Source of the DNA: Malacoraja senta
Taxonomy: Eukaryota
DNA: 64,000 nucleotides
Direction: 5' to 3'
Assembly (NCBI GenBank): GCA_038087875.1
Contig: CM075992.1
Span: forward strand, 6,326,001-6,390,000
A program made the position numbers and the translations under genes. Below the pieces are notes generated by a model. That model was not told where the DNA came from, did no database searches, and was given only the letters and a program-made list of their open reading frames with translations. This document shows positions 63,716-64,000 of the stretch, piece after piece; the stretch's first letter is position 1, and every line of letters begins with the position of its first letter.

Positions 63716-64000
63716 AGCCCCTGTCCCACGATGCGAGTTCACCCAAGAGCTCTCCCGAGTTTAAAAAAAACCCAAACTCGTGGTACTTCATCACGAGTAT
63801 TTTTTTACTCTTGGAAATTTTTCACACTGTTGAAAAACGTCACGAGTTTCCGCGTTTCCCGAGTACCTACCGTGAGCATTACGAGCCGCTACGAGACATC
63901 CACGAGCTCCGACGTACCCGCTACGTACGTTCTACGTACTTACCACGAGTTTGATTTTTTTTTTAAACTCGGGGAGAGCTCTTGGGTAAACTCGCATCGT
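63716..64000. mobile_element. Harbinger-type MITE running off the window end
   Basis: TAA|AGCCCCTGTCCCACGATGCGAGTT... The window ends in the complementary ...AACTCGCATCGT. Confidence 0.75.

Noticed and set aside
46577..64000. miR-23/27/24 or miR-181 hairpins, or PODNL1 exons, expected from human synteny
   Set aside because: I found no matching mature sequences or LRR-coding exons by eye. A BLAST or Infernal search is needed to exclude them fully.

Overview
This is eukaryotic (vertebrate) genomic DNA, not prokaryotic. The repeat landscape (HE1/V-SINE-like tRNA SINEs, esterase-ORF1 CR1 LINEs, abundant Penelope-derived short elements) points to a cartilaginous fish, probably a skate or ray (inference). 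The + strand carries 21 phase-compatible GT-AG coding exons (10891-41095, 2384 nt, about 795 codons) of CC2D1A (Freud-1/Lgd family: four DM14 repeats plus a C2 domain). The 5' exons lie outside the window. The expected 3' exons were not found: a probable next exon at 42172 runs into a 4.2 kb pyrimidine satellite that ends in a 200-N scaffold gap. The rest is mostly transposon-derived: nested CR1, Rex1/Babar and L1 fragments, V-SINEs, Harbinger-type MITEs, hAT/P-like non-autonomous elements, an internally deleted Gypsy element and a 21-bp minisatellite. The two most notable non-annotated signals are (1) more than 20 short, often palindromic, TSD-flanked Penelope-derived elements carrying a minimal hammerhead-ribozyme core, and (2) a dense D-box (TTACATAA) cluster near 55.3 kb. 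I found no evidence for a wholly new protein-coding system. Most ORF-track entries are transposon or satellite artefacts.
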